In this document: positions 50,918 to 59,853 of the stretch, in pieces | Layout: each line of letters opens with the position of its first letter | How positions within the stretch are numbered: position 1 is the first letter of the stretch | Assembly (NCBI GenBank): GCA_965219455.1 | Contig: OZ244744.1 | Coordinates: 4,352,001 to 4,416,000, forward strand | Direction: 5' to 3' | Length of the DNA stretch: 64,000 nucleotides | Source of the DNA: Candidatus Latescibacterota bacterium | GTDB lineage: Bacteria; Latescibacterota; UBA2968; GCA-2709665 | Position numbers and translations under genes: made by a program | The notes under the pieces: generated by a model | What the model was told of the DNA's origin: nothing | The model's database searches: none | What the model saw: the letters and a program-made list of their open reading frames with translations, nothing else

Positions 50918-52623
50918 GCGCGGCTTCGCTTTGCTCAGCCGCAACCAAATAGGTGGTAGTCAAGAGCAGATAGTTTTAGGGTATGCAAAACGGCGTTCAT
51001 CCCCTATGATGGTGGTACCCACCGCCATCAATGGAAGGAGGAACGCCGTGAAAGACTTCGTGGACCAATGTAGTGAAAAAATCACCGGAGTGGTATCCTG
51101 TTTTGATCGGGTTCTGTTCAAAGGGTACCTGCCGCTGGGATTTGGAACTGCGATGGAGCGGTTCATCAGCAATCAGGGTTTATTGTTGAAGGACTTCAAG
51201 CGTTTTGTGATGACGCATTCCGATACGATCAAAGCCCACGCGGAGGCGATGGCAAACAAGCACGAGCGCCCGTTCATCTATCTGCAACGCAACACCATCA
51301 GGAAAGAGGACGAAGCGCGACGGTTGGCAAAACACGATGGGATCACGCAAGGCCTGGTCTGTGTGTTTCGGGCCCTGGAAGGCTGCCAGAGTTTCAAGCT
51401 GGTTCCAGGGGAAGGAAGGCCTCGCCTGATCAACGCACAACGGAAATGCCTATGCTACTACTTTTACTGGATTGACCGGGAGTTCGGGTTGATGCATATC
51501 CGCATCCAGTCCTGGTTCCCGCTGGTGGTGCAGATCTGTCTCAATGGCCACGAGTTCTTGGCGCGCAAGCTCGAGCAACACGGCATCGCCTATGAAAAAT
51601 CAGACAACGCTTTTCTATGGATTGCCGATGTGGACCGGGCGCAACGCTTTGCCGATCGTTTTGTGGGCAAGAATTGGCCGCGCATTCTCTCGGCGTTCGC
51701 CCGCAAGGTCAACCCCCTGCTCAAAGACCTGCTTTCGGGCATGGACTACTACTGGGTCGTTGACCAAGCCGAGTTCGCCACCGACGTGATGTTCCAAAGC
51801 CCCCACGCCCTGAAGGTGCTGTATGAAAACCTGCTCAGACACACGGTGCTGTGCTTCTCTCCCCAGGACATCTTGACCTTCCTGGGCCGCAAACTCCACG
51901 GCAATTTTCAGGGCGAAGTCCTCACGGACTTCAAAAACAAACGCCACAAAGGCGCAAGAGTCAAACACCGGATGTGCGAGAACTGGATTAAAATGTACGA
52001 CAAACACGGGTGCGTACTACGCGTCGAAACAGTGATCAACCATCCAAGGCAGTTCAAGGTCCGCCGCTGGGGCATACGGCGAGGACAACGCGTGATGGGC
52101 TGGTATCCCATGGCCAAAGGCGTGGCCAACCTCTACCGCTATCGGGAAATCTCGTTGACGGCCAACCAACGCTACTTTCAGGCGCTGTCCGCAGCCCCTG
52201 ACGCCGCTACCGGACATCAAAGCCTCACCACACTGGCGCGGCCACGCAGGCACAAGGGACGTACCTATCGGGGCTTCAACCCCGCCGACCCTGCCGACCT
52301 CGCCCTGTTTACCGCTGTGTTGAAAGGCGAACACGCCCTGATGGGCTTCCGCAACCAGGACATCCGAACACACCTCTTCCAACATCCAGCATCCCTGCTG
52401 CAACGCACTCGGCACGCCAATGCCACCAGCCGCCGCCTCAAACGCCTACACGTCCGCGGCCTTATTGCAAAAATCCCACGGTCCAGACGGTGGCGCGTCA
52501 CACCCGAAGGGCACAAAATACTCGCCTTGTCTTTGACCCTTTACCATCAACACCCTACAACTAAACAAGCAGCATGAATAATTATCTACGCATTTTGCGT
52601 AGAAGTCACACTGTAAGACTCTA
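50918..52623 (+). mobile_element. 1706-bp insertion element with no terminal inverted repeats, CTA at both junctions and subterminal hairpins
   Basis: Boundaries fixed by the interrupted W6 frame; CTA at 50915-50917 and 52621-52623; hairpins at 50920-50942 and 52585-52603. Confidence 0.9.
51048..52577 (+). CDS. putative transposase: Rep_trans-like nickase motifs plus C-terminal winged HTH
   Basis: Only substantial ORF with an RBS in the insertion; AAGGAGG then GTG; QAEFATD, KMYDK, LRVET motifs; LKRLHVRGLIAK...WRVT wHTH. Confidence 0.75.
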   Translation: MKDFVDQCSEKITGVVSCFDRVLFKGYLPLGFGTAMERFISNQGLLLKDFKRFVMTHSDTIKAHAEAMANKHERPFIYLQRNTIRKEDEARRLAKHDGITQGLVCVFRALEGCQSFKLVPGEGRPRLINAQRKCLCYYFYWIDREFGLMHIRIQSWFPLVVQICLNGHEFLARKLEQHGIAYEKSDNAFLWIADVDRAQRFADRFVGKNWPRILSAFARKVNPLLKDLLSGMDYYWVVDQAEFATDVMFQSPHALKVLYENLLRHTVLCFSPQDILTFLGRKLHGNFQGEVLTDFKNKRHKGARVKHRMCENWIKMYDKHGCVLRVETVINHPRQFKVRRWGIRRGQRVMGWYPMAKGVANLYRYREISLTANQRYFQALSAAPDAATGHQSLTTLARPRRHKGRTYRGFNPADPADLALFTAVLKGEHALMGFRNQDIRTHLFQHPASLLQRTRHANATSRRLKRLHVRGLIAKIPRSRRWRVTPEGHKILALSLTLYHQHPTTKQAA

Positions 52624-52954
52624 AAGCCAGGAGCGCGCGGTCCGGCGACCAGGCCACGTCGCGCACGTCTCCTTTGCCCAGCCGCACGAGCGCTCCTTCG
52701 GGCAGCCCCCAGCGAAGGTAATCCTGTGCGTAGGCGAACTGTGCAAACAAGACAGCCGTCAAAATGAGAGTGACGCTCAAAATCGTTTGCCTTTTCATCT
52801 GAATACCCCTCCCGGACAATGATTAACTGGGGCTGTGATAAACAATGATTGGACGGATTAACTGCAATTGATGTGATCTTGATGATGGACTGGAGTGTGA
52901 GATGGATTCGCGGAGAGACCTGGCGCGACCTGTTTCTGACAGGGCGGGTTCGCC

Positions 52955-55150
52955 TCACGTACCCCGGCCGAAGCTGCGTGCAAAGATCACGAAATCGTTG
53001 AACTCGACGGCGCCGTTGCCGTCCAGATCGAAGCGCGCGTCAAACCCGGCGTCGTCCTGGTTACGCCCGAACTGCGCCGCGAATTGTAGAAAGTCGGGAA
53101 AACCCACGGCCCCGTCGCCGTCGAAGTCGGCGGTAAGGGATTGAGGTGCGACATACGGCGACATATCCCACAACAGAATCGTCTGGTCGTGACTGCCGGT
53201 TGCCAGGGTCTGGCCATCCGGCGAAAATGCCATTGACACGAGATACCATGTATGTCCGGTGAGGGTGCCTTTTACATGCCACGTGGCCGCGTCCCACAGT
53301 AGCATCCTATTGTGGGGGCTGGCGCTTACCAGAGTTGTCCCATCCGGCGAGAACGCCAACGACTCGACAGTCCGCGTATGTTCCGTGAGGGTGATTTTCT
53401 CCTGCCCAGTGCCTACGTCCCACAATCGCACCGTACGGTCTCGACTGCCGCTTGCCAGCGTCAGCCCATCCGGCGAAAACGCCACCGAATAGACCCCATC
53501 GGTATGTCCTGTGAGGGTGTGTATCTCCTGCGCCGTTGCCACGTCCCACAGCCGCACCGTATTGTCGTAACTGCCGCTTGCCAGTGTCATCCCATCCGGC
53601 GAAAACGCCACCGAAAAGACCACGTCGGTATGTCCCGCAAGGGTGCTTTTCTCCTGCCCAGTGTCTACGTCCCACAACCGCACCGTTTTGTCACCACTGC
53701 CGCTTGCCAGCGATGTCCCGTCCGGGGAAAACGCCACGGGTCCGACCCCGCCGGAGTGTCCTGTAAGGGTGCTTTTTTGCTGCCCAGTGTCTACGTCCCA
53801 CAACCGCACCGTTTTGTCACCACTGCCGCTTGCCAGCGATGTCCCGTCCGGGGAAAACGCCGCCGACCAGACCACACTCGTGTGCCCTGTGAGGACGTCC
53901 ATTTCCTCTCCTGTTTCCACATTCCACAGCCGCACGGTACGGTCATTACCGCCGCTTGCCAGCGTCGTCCCATCCGGCGAAAACACGACCGAAAAGACAT
54001 ACGACGCATGTCCCACGCCCTTGATACTGGTCTTTTCCTGCCCGGTGTCCGCGTCCCACAGAAGCACCGTTTCGTCACCGCTGCGGCTTGCCAGCGTCGT
54101 CCCGTCCGGCGAAAACGCCACCGACAGGACACTGGACGTATGTCCTGTGAGGGTACTTTTTCCCTGCCCTGTGTTCACGTCCCACAGCCGCACGGTACTG
54201 TCCCGGCTGGCGCTCGCCAGCGTGGTTCCATCCCGCGAAAACGCCACCGAATAGACCCTATGCGTATGTCCTGTGAGGGTGCTTTTTTCCTGCCCTGTGT
54301 TCACGTCCCACAGCCGCACGGTACTGTCCCGGCTGGCGCTCGCCAGCGTGGTTCCATCCCGCGAAAACGCCACCGAATAGACCCTATGCGTATGTCCTGT
54401 GAGCGTGTTTCTTTCCTGTCCTGTGGCTACGTCCCACAACCGCACCGTACTATCAGAACTGGCGCTTGCCAGCGTGGTTCCATCCGTGGAAAACACCACC
54501 GGTCCGACCGCACGGGTATGTCCTGTGAGGGCGCTTTTTTCCTGTCCGTTAGCCACGTCCCACAGCCGCACCGTGTTGTCACTGCTGCCGCTCGCCAGGG
54601 TGGTTCCATCCGGCGAAAACGCCACCGAATTGACATTCCTCGTATGTCCTTCGAGGCTGCTTTTTTCCTGTCCGGTTGCCACGTCCCACAGCCGCACAGG
54701 TGGCAAGGGACCTGAATAACCGCCGGTTGCCAGTGTGTTCCCATCCGGCGAAAATGCTACCGAAGTTACAGACCCAAAATGCGCCTTGAGGACGTATTTT
54801 TCCTGTCCCGTGGCCACGTCCCATAACCGCGCCGTTCCGTCGTGACCGGCGCTTGCCAGCGTGGTTCCATCCCGCGAAAACACCACCGCATTGACTCTCC
54901 TCGTATGGCCCGTGAGCAGTGAAACCTCGGCCCCCGTGCGGGCATCGTAGAGCCAGATGCCCACGGTACCCCCAACGGCCAGGCGCGTGCCGTCCGGCGA
55001 CCACGCCACGTCCAGCACGCTTCCTTTGCCCAGCCGCAGCAGGGCGCCTTCGGGCAGTCCCCAGCGAAGGTAATCCTGTGCGACGCTGCCCTGTGCAAAC
55101 AACACAGTGATCGAAAAAGAAATGAGGCAAGAAATCGTTGACCTTTTCAT
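52955..55150 (-). CDS. W7: secreted WD40-repeat protein with dockerin-like tail (one blade duplicated)
   Basis: Same architecture as W1; 126-bp internal duplication. Confidence 0.93.
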   Translation of the reverse strand: MKRSTISCLISFSITVLFAQGSVAQDYLRWGLPEGALLRLGKGSVLDVAWSPDGTRLAVGGTVGIWLYDARTGAEVSLLTGHTRRVNAVVFSRDGTTLASAGHDGTARLWDVATGQEKYVLKAHFGSVTSVAFSPDGNTLATGGYSGPLPPVRLWDVATGQEKSSLEGHTRNVNSVAFSPDGTTLASGSSDNTVRLWDVANGQEKSALTGHTRAVGPVVFSTDGTTLASASSDSTVRLWDVATGQERNTLTGHTHRVYSVAFSRDGTTLASASRDSTVRLWDVNTGQEKSTLTGHTHRVYSVAFSRDGTTLASASRDSTVRLWDVNTGQGKSTLTGHTSSVLSVAFSPDGTTLASRSGDETVLLWDADTGQEKTSIKGVGHASYVFSVVFSPDGTTLASGGNDRTVRLWNVETGEEMDVLTGHTSVVWSAAFSPDGTSLASGSGDKTVRLWDVDTGQQKSTLTGHSGGVGPVAFSPDGTSLASGSGDKTVRLWDVDTGQEKSTLAGHTDVVFSVAFSPDGMTLASGSYDNTVRLWDVATAQEIHTLTGHTDGVYSVAFSPDGLTLASGSRDRTVRLWDVGTGQEKITLTEHTRTVESLAFSPDGTTLVSASPHNRMLLWDAATWHVKGTLTGHTWYLVSMAFSPDGQTLATGSHDQTILLWDMSPYVAPQSLTADFDGDGAVGFPDFLQFAAQFGRNQDDAGFDARFDLDGNGAVEFNDFVIFARSFGRGT

Positions 55151-55165
55151 CTGAATATCCCCCCG

Positions 55166-55205
55166 GTCTAAGATTGACTGTGATTAACAATGATTGACTA
55201 TGATT
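55166..55205 (-). promoter_or_regulatory. 10-bp-phased direct repeats (RACTRTGATT on the + strand) directly upstream of the W7 RBS; variants precede W1-W9
   Basis: GTCTAAGATT GACTGTGATT AACAATGATT GACTATGATT. Confidence 0.65.
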
Positions 55206-55687
55206 AAACCCAAACGGAAAGACTGTGACTGATGTGACTATCGTCAGGACTTGGTGCGAGTGATTTAGATATGGAGAGATCTGGTGTAAATCGTTCGGTG
55301 GCATTGCTCTCCCGCTCACACAGTGCAACGTTTCATTTCAGCACTTGCTCCGAGCCGTAGTCTCTCATGTAGGGGTACTGCGGCCAGGCGTTTAACAATG
55401 TGGATTCCAATATCACCTCCTTCCGAACACGGACAGGTCCGTGACCGGCATTAACCACATGTACACGATCATCACGTTAAAGTAGACGTACGACGGACAT
55501 ACGTTTAACGGTATGTTTTCCAATATCACCTCCTTCGCAGACGCGGTCAGATTGGGTGATCGATGGATAGTTAAAACAGAAGTCTCTCAAGGTTTCAACT
55601 CTCATGCCGGGAACCGGACCGACGGGGATGGATTCCCTTCAGTAAAGCAGTTTTGGCCCGACCTGTTTCTGACAGGGCGCCTGCGCC

Positions 55688-57264
55688 TCACCCACCTCGG
55701 CCGTAGCTTTGTATGAAGATCGTCCAATCGCCGTACCAGACGATACCGTCTCCGTTTAGATCAAAGCGCGCGTCATATTCCGCATCTTCCCAACTCCGTC
55801 CGAACATTGCCGCGAATAGCAGAAAATCGAGAAAGTCCACGGATCCGTCGCCGTCGAAGTCGGCAGCGTGGGTTAATGGTTCGGCACCCGGCGAGACATC
55901 CCACAGCAGAATCGTACCGTCGTAACTGCCGCTTGCCAGCGTTTTCCATCCGGCGAAAACACCGCCGAATTAATCGGATCGGTATGCCCCGTGAGGGCGC
56001 GTATATCCCGCCCTGTGGCCAGGTCCCACAACCACACCGCCTTGAACGGACTGCAGGTTGCCAGTGTCATCCCATCCGGCGAAAAAGCCACCGACCTGAC
56101 CGCGCGGGTATGTCCTGCGTAGGTGCGTATTTCCTGCCCTGTAGTCACGTCCCACAACCGGACCGTACGGTCACCACTGGCACTTGCCAGCGTCATCCCG
56201 TCAGGAGAATACAAAGCCGAAAGGACGCTGGAGGTATGCCCTTTGAGGGTGAGGGTACTTGTTTTCTGCCCCGTTTCCACGTCCCACGACCTGACCGTAT
56301 TGTCGATACTGCGGCTTGCCAGGCTCATCCCGTCCTGCGAATAAGCAACCGACTGAACTCTGGACTCATGCCCTGTGAGGGTGTGAATCTCCTGCCCTGT
56401 GGCCGCGTCCCACACCCGCACGGTACTGTCCCGGCTGGCGCTTGCAAGCGTCGCTCCATCGGGCGAAAACACCACCGAATACACCCAATGGGTATGCCCG
56501 TCCAGGGTGGACTTTTCCTGTCCCGTTTCCACGTCCCACAACCGCACCGTATTGTCCAGACTCCCACTGGCCAGCGTCATTCCGTCCGGCGAAAAAGCCA
56601 CCGACCAGACCTCATGGGTATGTGCTGTGAGCGTGTGTTCTTCCTGCCCTGAGTTCACGTCCCACAACCGCACGGTACTGTCCCGGCTGGCGCTTGCCAG
56701 CGTCAGACCATCGGGTGAAAACACCACCGACACGACCCAGGGGTTATTCAACCTACCCCGGTACTCTTCATTGACGAGGGTGCTTCTCTCCTGCCCTGTT
56801 TCCACGTCCCACACCCGCACCGTGCCGTCGCGACTGCCGCTTGCCAGCGTCGTCCCATCCGGCGAGAATGCCACCGCCTCAACGTCGTACCTGTGTCCCG
56901 TGAGGATGCTTTTTTCCTGTCCGGTTGCGACGTCCCACAACCGCACCGTATCGTCCCGGCTGCCACTTGCCAGCGTCAGACCATCGGGCGAAAATGCAAC
57001 CGCATTGACTCTGAACGCATGTCCTGTGATCAGAGAAACTTCCGCCCCTGTCTGGGTATCATAGAGCCAAATGCCCGCAGTGCCCCCCGCGGCCAGCAGA
57101 GCGCCGTCCGGCGACCAGGCTGTGGCGCGCACGTCTCCTTTGCCGAGACGCATGCGGGCGCCTTCGGGCAGGCTCCAGCGAAGGTAATCCTGCGCGCGGC
57201 TGTCCTGTGTAAACCAGACAGCCGTCAAAAGAAGAATGAGGCTCGAAACCGTTAGCTTTTTCAT
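55688..57264 (-). pseudogene. W8: shortened WD40/dockerin paralogue with a frameshift near 55943
   Basis: Frame breaks after FSPDG of the last blade; the tail ([13 protein letters not shown]...IQSYGRGG) continues in another frame to TGA at 55688. Confidence 0.85.
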
Positions 57265-57425
57265 CTGAATGCCCCTCCCGGACTAAGATTGACTGGGACT
57301 TCAATTTACTATGATTAGACGGCATGAAGAGACTGTGATTGATGTGATTCTGATGACGTCCTGAAGCGAGAGATGGACTCGTGAAGAGACCTGGCGCGAC
57401 CTGTTTCCGACACCGTTTATTCGCC

Positions 57426-59498
57426 TCAGGTACCCCGGCCGTAGCTTTTTCTGAATGTCCACCAATCGCGAGACCCAACGGTACCGTCGCCGTCCAGATC
57501 GAAGCGCGCGTCATATCCCGCATCTCCCCAGCTCAGTCCGTACTTTGCGACGAATTGCAGAAAGTCTGAAAAGCCCACGGACCCGTCGCCATCGAAGTCG
57601 GCAGCAAGGGGTTGCAGCGCGTCACGTGACGAGACATCCCACAGCAGGATCGTACCGTCGTAACTGGCGCTTGCCAGCGTTCTGCCATCCGGCGAAAACA
57701 CCACCGACCTGACCGGATCGGTATGTCCTGTGAGGGTGCGTATATCCTGTCCCGTGGCCACGTCCCACAACCACACCGCCTTGAACGGACTACAGGTTGC
57801 CAGCGTCATCCCATCCGGCGAGAACGCCACCGACCAGAAATTATCGCCGCCTGTGAGGGCGCGTAAATGCTGACCTGTGGCCGCGTCCCACAACCGCACC
57901 GTACCGGCACCATCCGCGCTTGCAAGCGTCGCACCATCGGGCGAAAAAACCACCCCATGGATCCCACGGGTATGTCCTGTGAGGCTGTTTTTCTCCTGCC
58001 CTGTGGCCGCGTCCCACAATCGCACCGTATTGTCGAAACTGGCGCTTGCAAGCGTCGATCCATCGGGCGAAAACGCTACCGACGTGACTGTCGCCGTATG
58101 TCCTGTGAGGGTGTTTTTCTCGTGCCCTGTGCCCACGTCCCACAACAGCAACGCATTGTCCGAACCACCGCTTGCCAGCGTCATCCCATCCGGCGAAAAC
58201 GCCACCGGTGCGCCCGAACCGGTATGTCCTGTGAGCGTGTGTTTTTCCCGACCGGTGCCCACGTCCCACAACACCACTGGACGGCCTCCGCTTGCCAGCG
58301 TCGTCCCATCCGGCGAGAACGCCACCGACGCGATCCCACGGGAATGTCCTGTGAGGGTGTTTATCTCATGCCCTGCGGCCGCGTCCCACAACTGGACCGT
58401 GGGATCGTTACCACCGCTTGCCAACATCGTCCCATCGGGCGAATACACAACCGACAGGACGAGAGTGGTATGCCCGGTGAGGGTGAGGGCGCCTTTCTCC
58501 TGCCCGGTTTCCACCTCCCACAGCCGTACCGTATTGTCGACACTGCGGCTTGCCAGGGTCATCCCGTCCTGCGAATACGCAACCGACCGGACGCTGGACG
58601 TATGTCCTGTGAGGGTGTTTATCTCATGCCCTGTGGCCGCGTCCCACATCCGCACGGTACTGTCCCGACTGGCACTTGCCAGCGTCGATCCATCGGGCGA
58701 ATACACCACCGAATACACCCGATGGGTATGTCCTTCCAGGATGCTCCTTTCCTGTCCCGTTTCCACGTTCCACAACCGCACCGTACTGTCCAGACTTGCA
58801 CTTGCCAGCGTCATCCCATCGGGCGAAAATGCCACCGACCAGACCCGATGGGTATGTCCGGCGAGCGTGTGTTTTTCCTGCCCGGTGGCCACGTCCCACA
58901 CCCGCACCGTAGAGTCGTTTCCGGCGCTTGCCAGCGTCATCCCATCGGGCGAAAATGCCACCGAATAGACCCAGGGCCTATTCCCCAAATCTCGGTACTT
59001 TTCATTCACGAGGGTATGTTCTTCTCGCCCGGTGGCCACGTCCCACACCCGCACCGTACCGTCGCGACTGCCGCTTGCCAGGGTCGTTCCATCCGGCGAG
59101 AATGACACCGCCTGGACATCGTAGGTATGTCCCGTAAGGATACTTTTTTCCCGCCCGGATTCCACGTCCCAGAACCGCACCGTATGGTCCCGACTGCCAC
59201 TCGCCAGCGTCAGACCGTCGGGCGAAAACGCAACTGCATTGACCCTGAACGAATGTCCTGTGATCAGGGAAACTTCCGCTCCGGTGCCGCCATCGTAGAG
59301 CCAGATGCCTGCCGTGCCCCCCGCGGCCAGGCGCGTGCCGTCCGGCGACCAGGCTGTGGCGCGCACGTCTCCTTTGCCCAGACGCATGAGGGCGCCTTCG
59401 GGCAAGCTCCAGCGATTGTAGTCCTGTGCACAGATGTCCTGTGCAAACCAGACAGCCGTCAAAAGAAGAATCAGGCTCGAAACCGTTGGCTTTTTCAT
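57426..59498 (-). CDS. W9: secreted WD40-repeat protein with dockerin-like tail
   Basis: Same architecture as W1; closest to W4. Confidence 0.93.
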   Translation of the reverse strand: MKKPTVSSLILLLTAVWFAQDICAQDYNRWSLPEGALMRLGKGDVRATAWSPDGTRLAAGGTAGIWLYDGGTGAEVSLITGHSFRVNAVAFSPDGLTLASGSRDHTVRFWDVESGREKSILTGHTYDVQAVSFSPDGTTLASGSRDGTVRVWDVATGREEHTLVNEKYRDLGNRPWVYSVAFSPDGMTLASAGNDSTVRVWDVATGQEKHTLAGHTHRVWSVAFSPDGMTLASASLDSTVRLWNVETGQERSILEGHTHRVYSVVYSPDGSTLASASRDSTVRMWDAATGHEINTLTGHTSSVRSVAYSQDGMTLASRSVDNTVRLWEVETGQEKGALTLTGHTTLVLSVVYSPDGTMLASGGNDPTVQLWDAAAGHEINTLTGHSRGIASVAFSPDGTTLASGGRPVVLWDVGTGREKHTLTGHTGSGAPVAFSPDGMTLASGGSDNALLLWDVGTGHEKNTLTGHTATVTSVAFSPDGSTLASASFDNTVRLWDAATGQEKNSLTGHTRGIHGVVFSPDGATLASADGAGTVRLWDAATGQHLRALTGGDNFWSVAFSPDGMTLATCSPFKAVWLWDVATGQDIRTLTGHTDPVRSVVFSPDGRTLASASYDGTILLWDVSSRDALQPLAADFDGDGSVGFSDFLQFVAKYGLSWGDAGYDARFDLDGDGTVGSRDWWTFRKSYGRGT

Positions 59499-59853
59499 CT
59501 ATACCCCCCGGACTATGATTAAATATTATTACGGTGATTAACTATGATTAAACCACATGAAGAGACTGTGATTGATGTGGTCTTTGTGATGACCTGGAGC
59601 GAGTGATCAAGATATGTAGAGACATGGTGTGAAGCGTTCAGCGGCATTGCTTGACCGCTTCCATTGCGCAACGTGTCAGTTCAGCACTTGCTCCGAGCCG
59701 TAGTTTCTCACGTAGAAGTACATCGACAAATCGTTTAGCGACGTGGTTTCCAATATCATCTCCTTTCCGAACGCGTGCAGGTCTGTGAAAGGCGTCAAAC
59801 AGATGTTCAGCCGATCGCCCGGCGCGACCTCATTCAAACACCGCGCCGGCGCC

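Larger units (their letters stand above)
49158..52798 (-). pseudogene. W6: WD40/dockerin paralogue split by an insertion element and carrying a TGG->TAG stop at 50511-50513
   Basis: Removing 50918-52623 restores RALLAL/GGSVGIW in frame; an in-frame TAG replaces the W of a WD motif. Confidence 0.92.

Noticed and set aside
36997-59105. Long plus-strand ORFs over the WD40 genes ([10 protein letters not shown] and CGHVPQPHR repeats)
   Set aside because: These are antisense shadows of GC-rich repetitive coding sequence.
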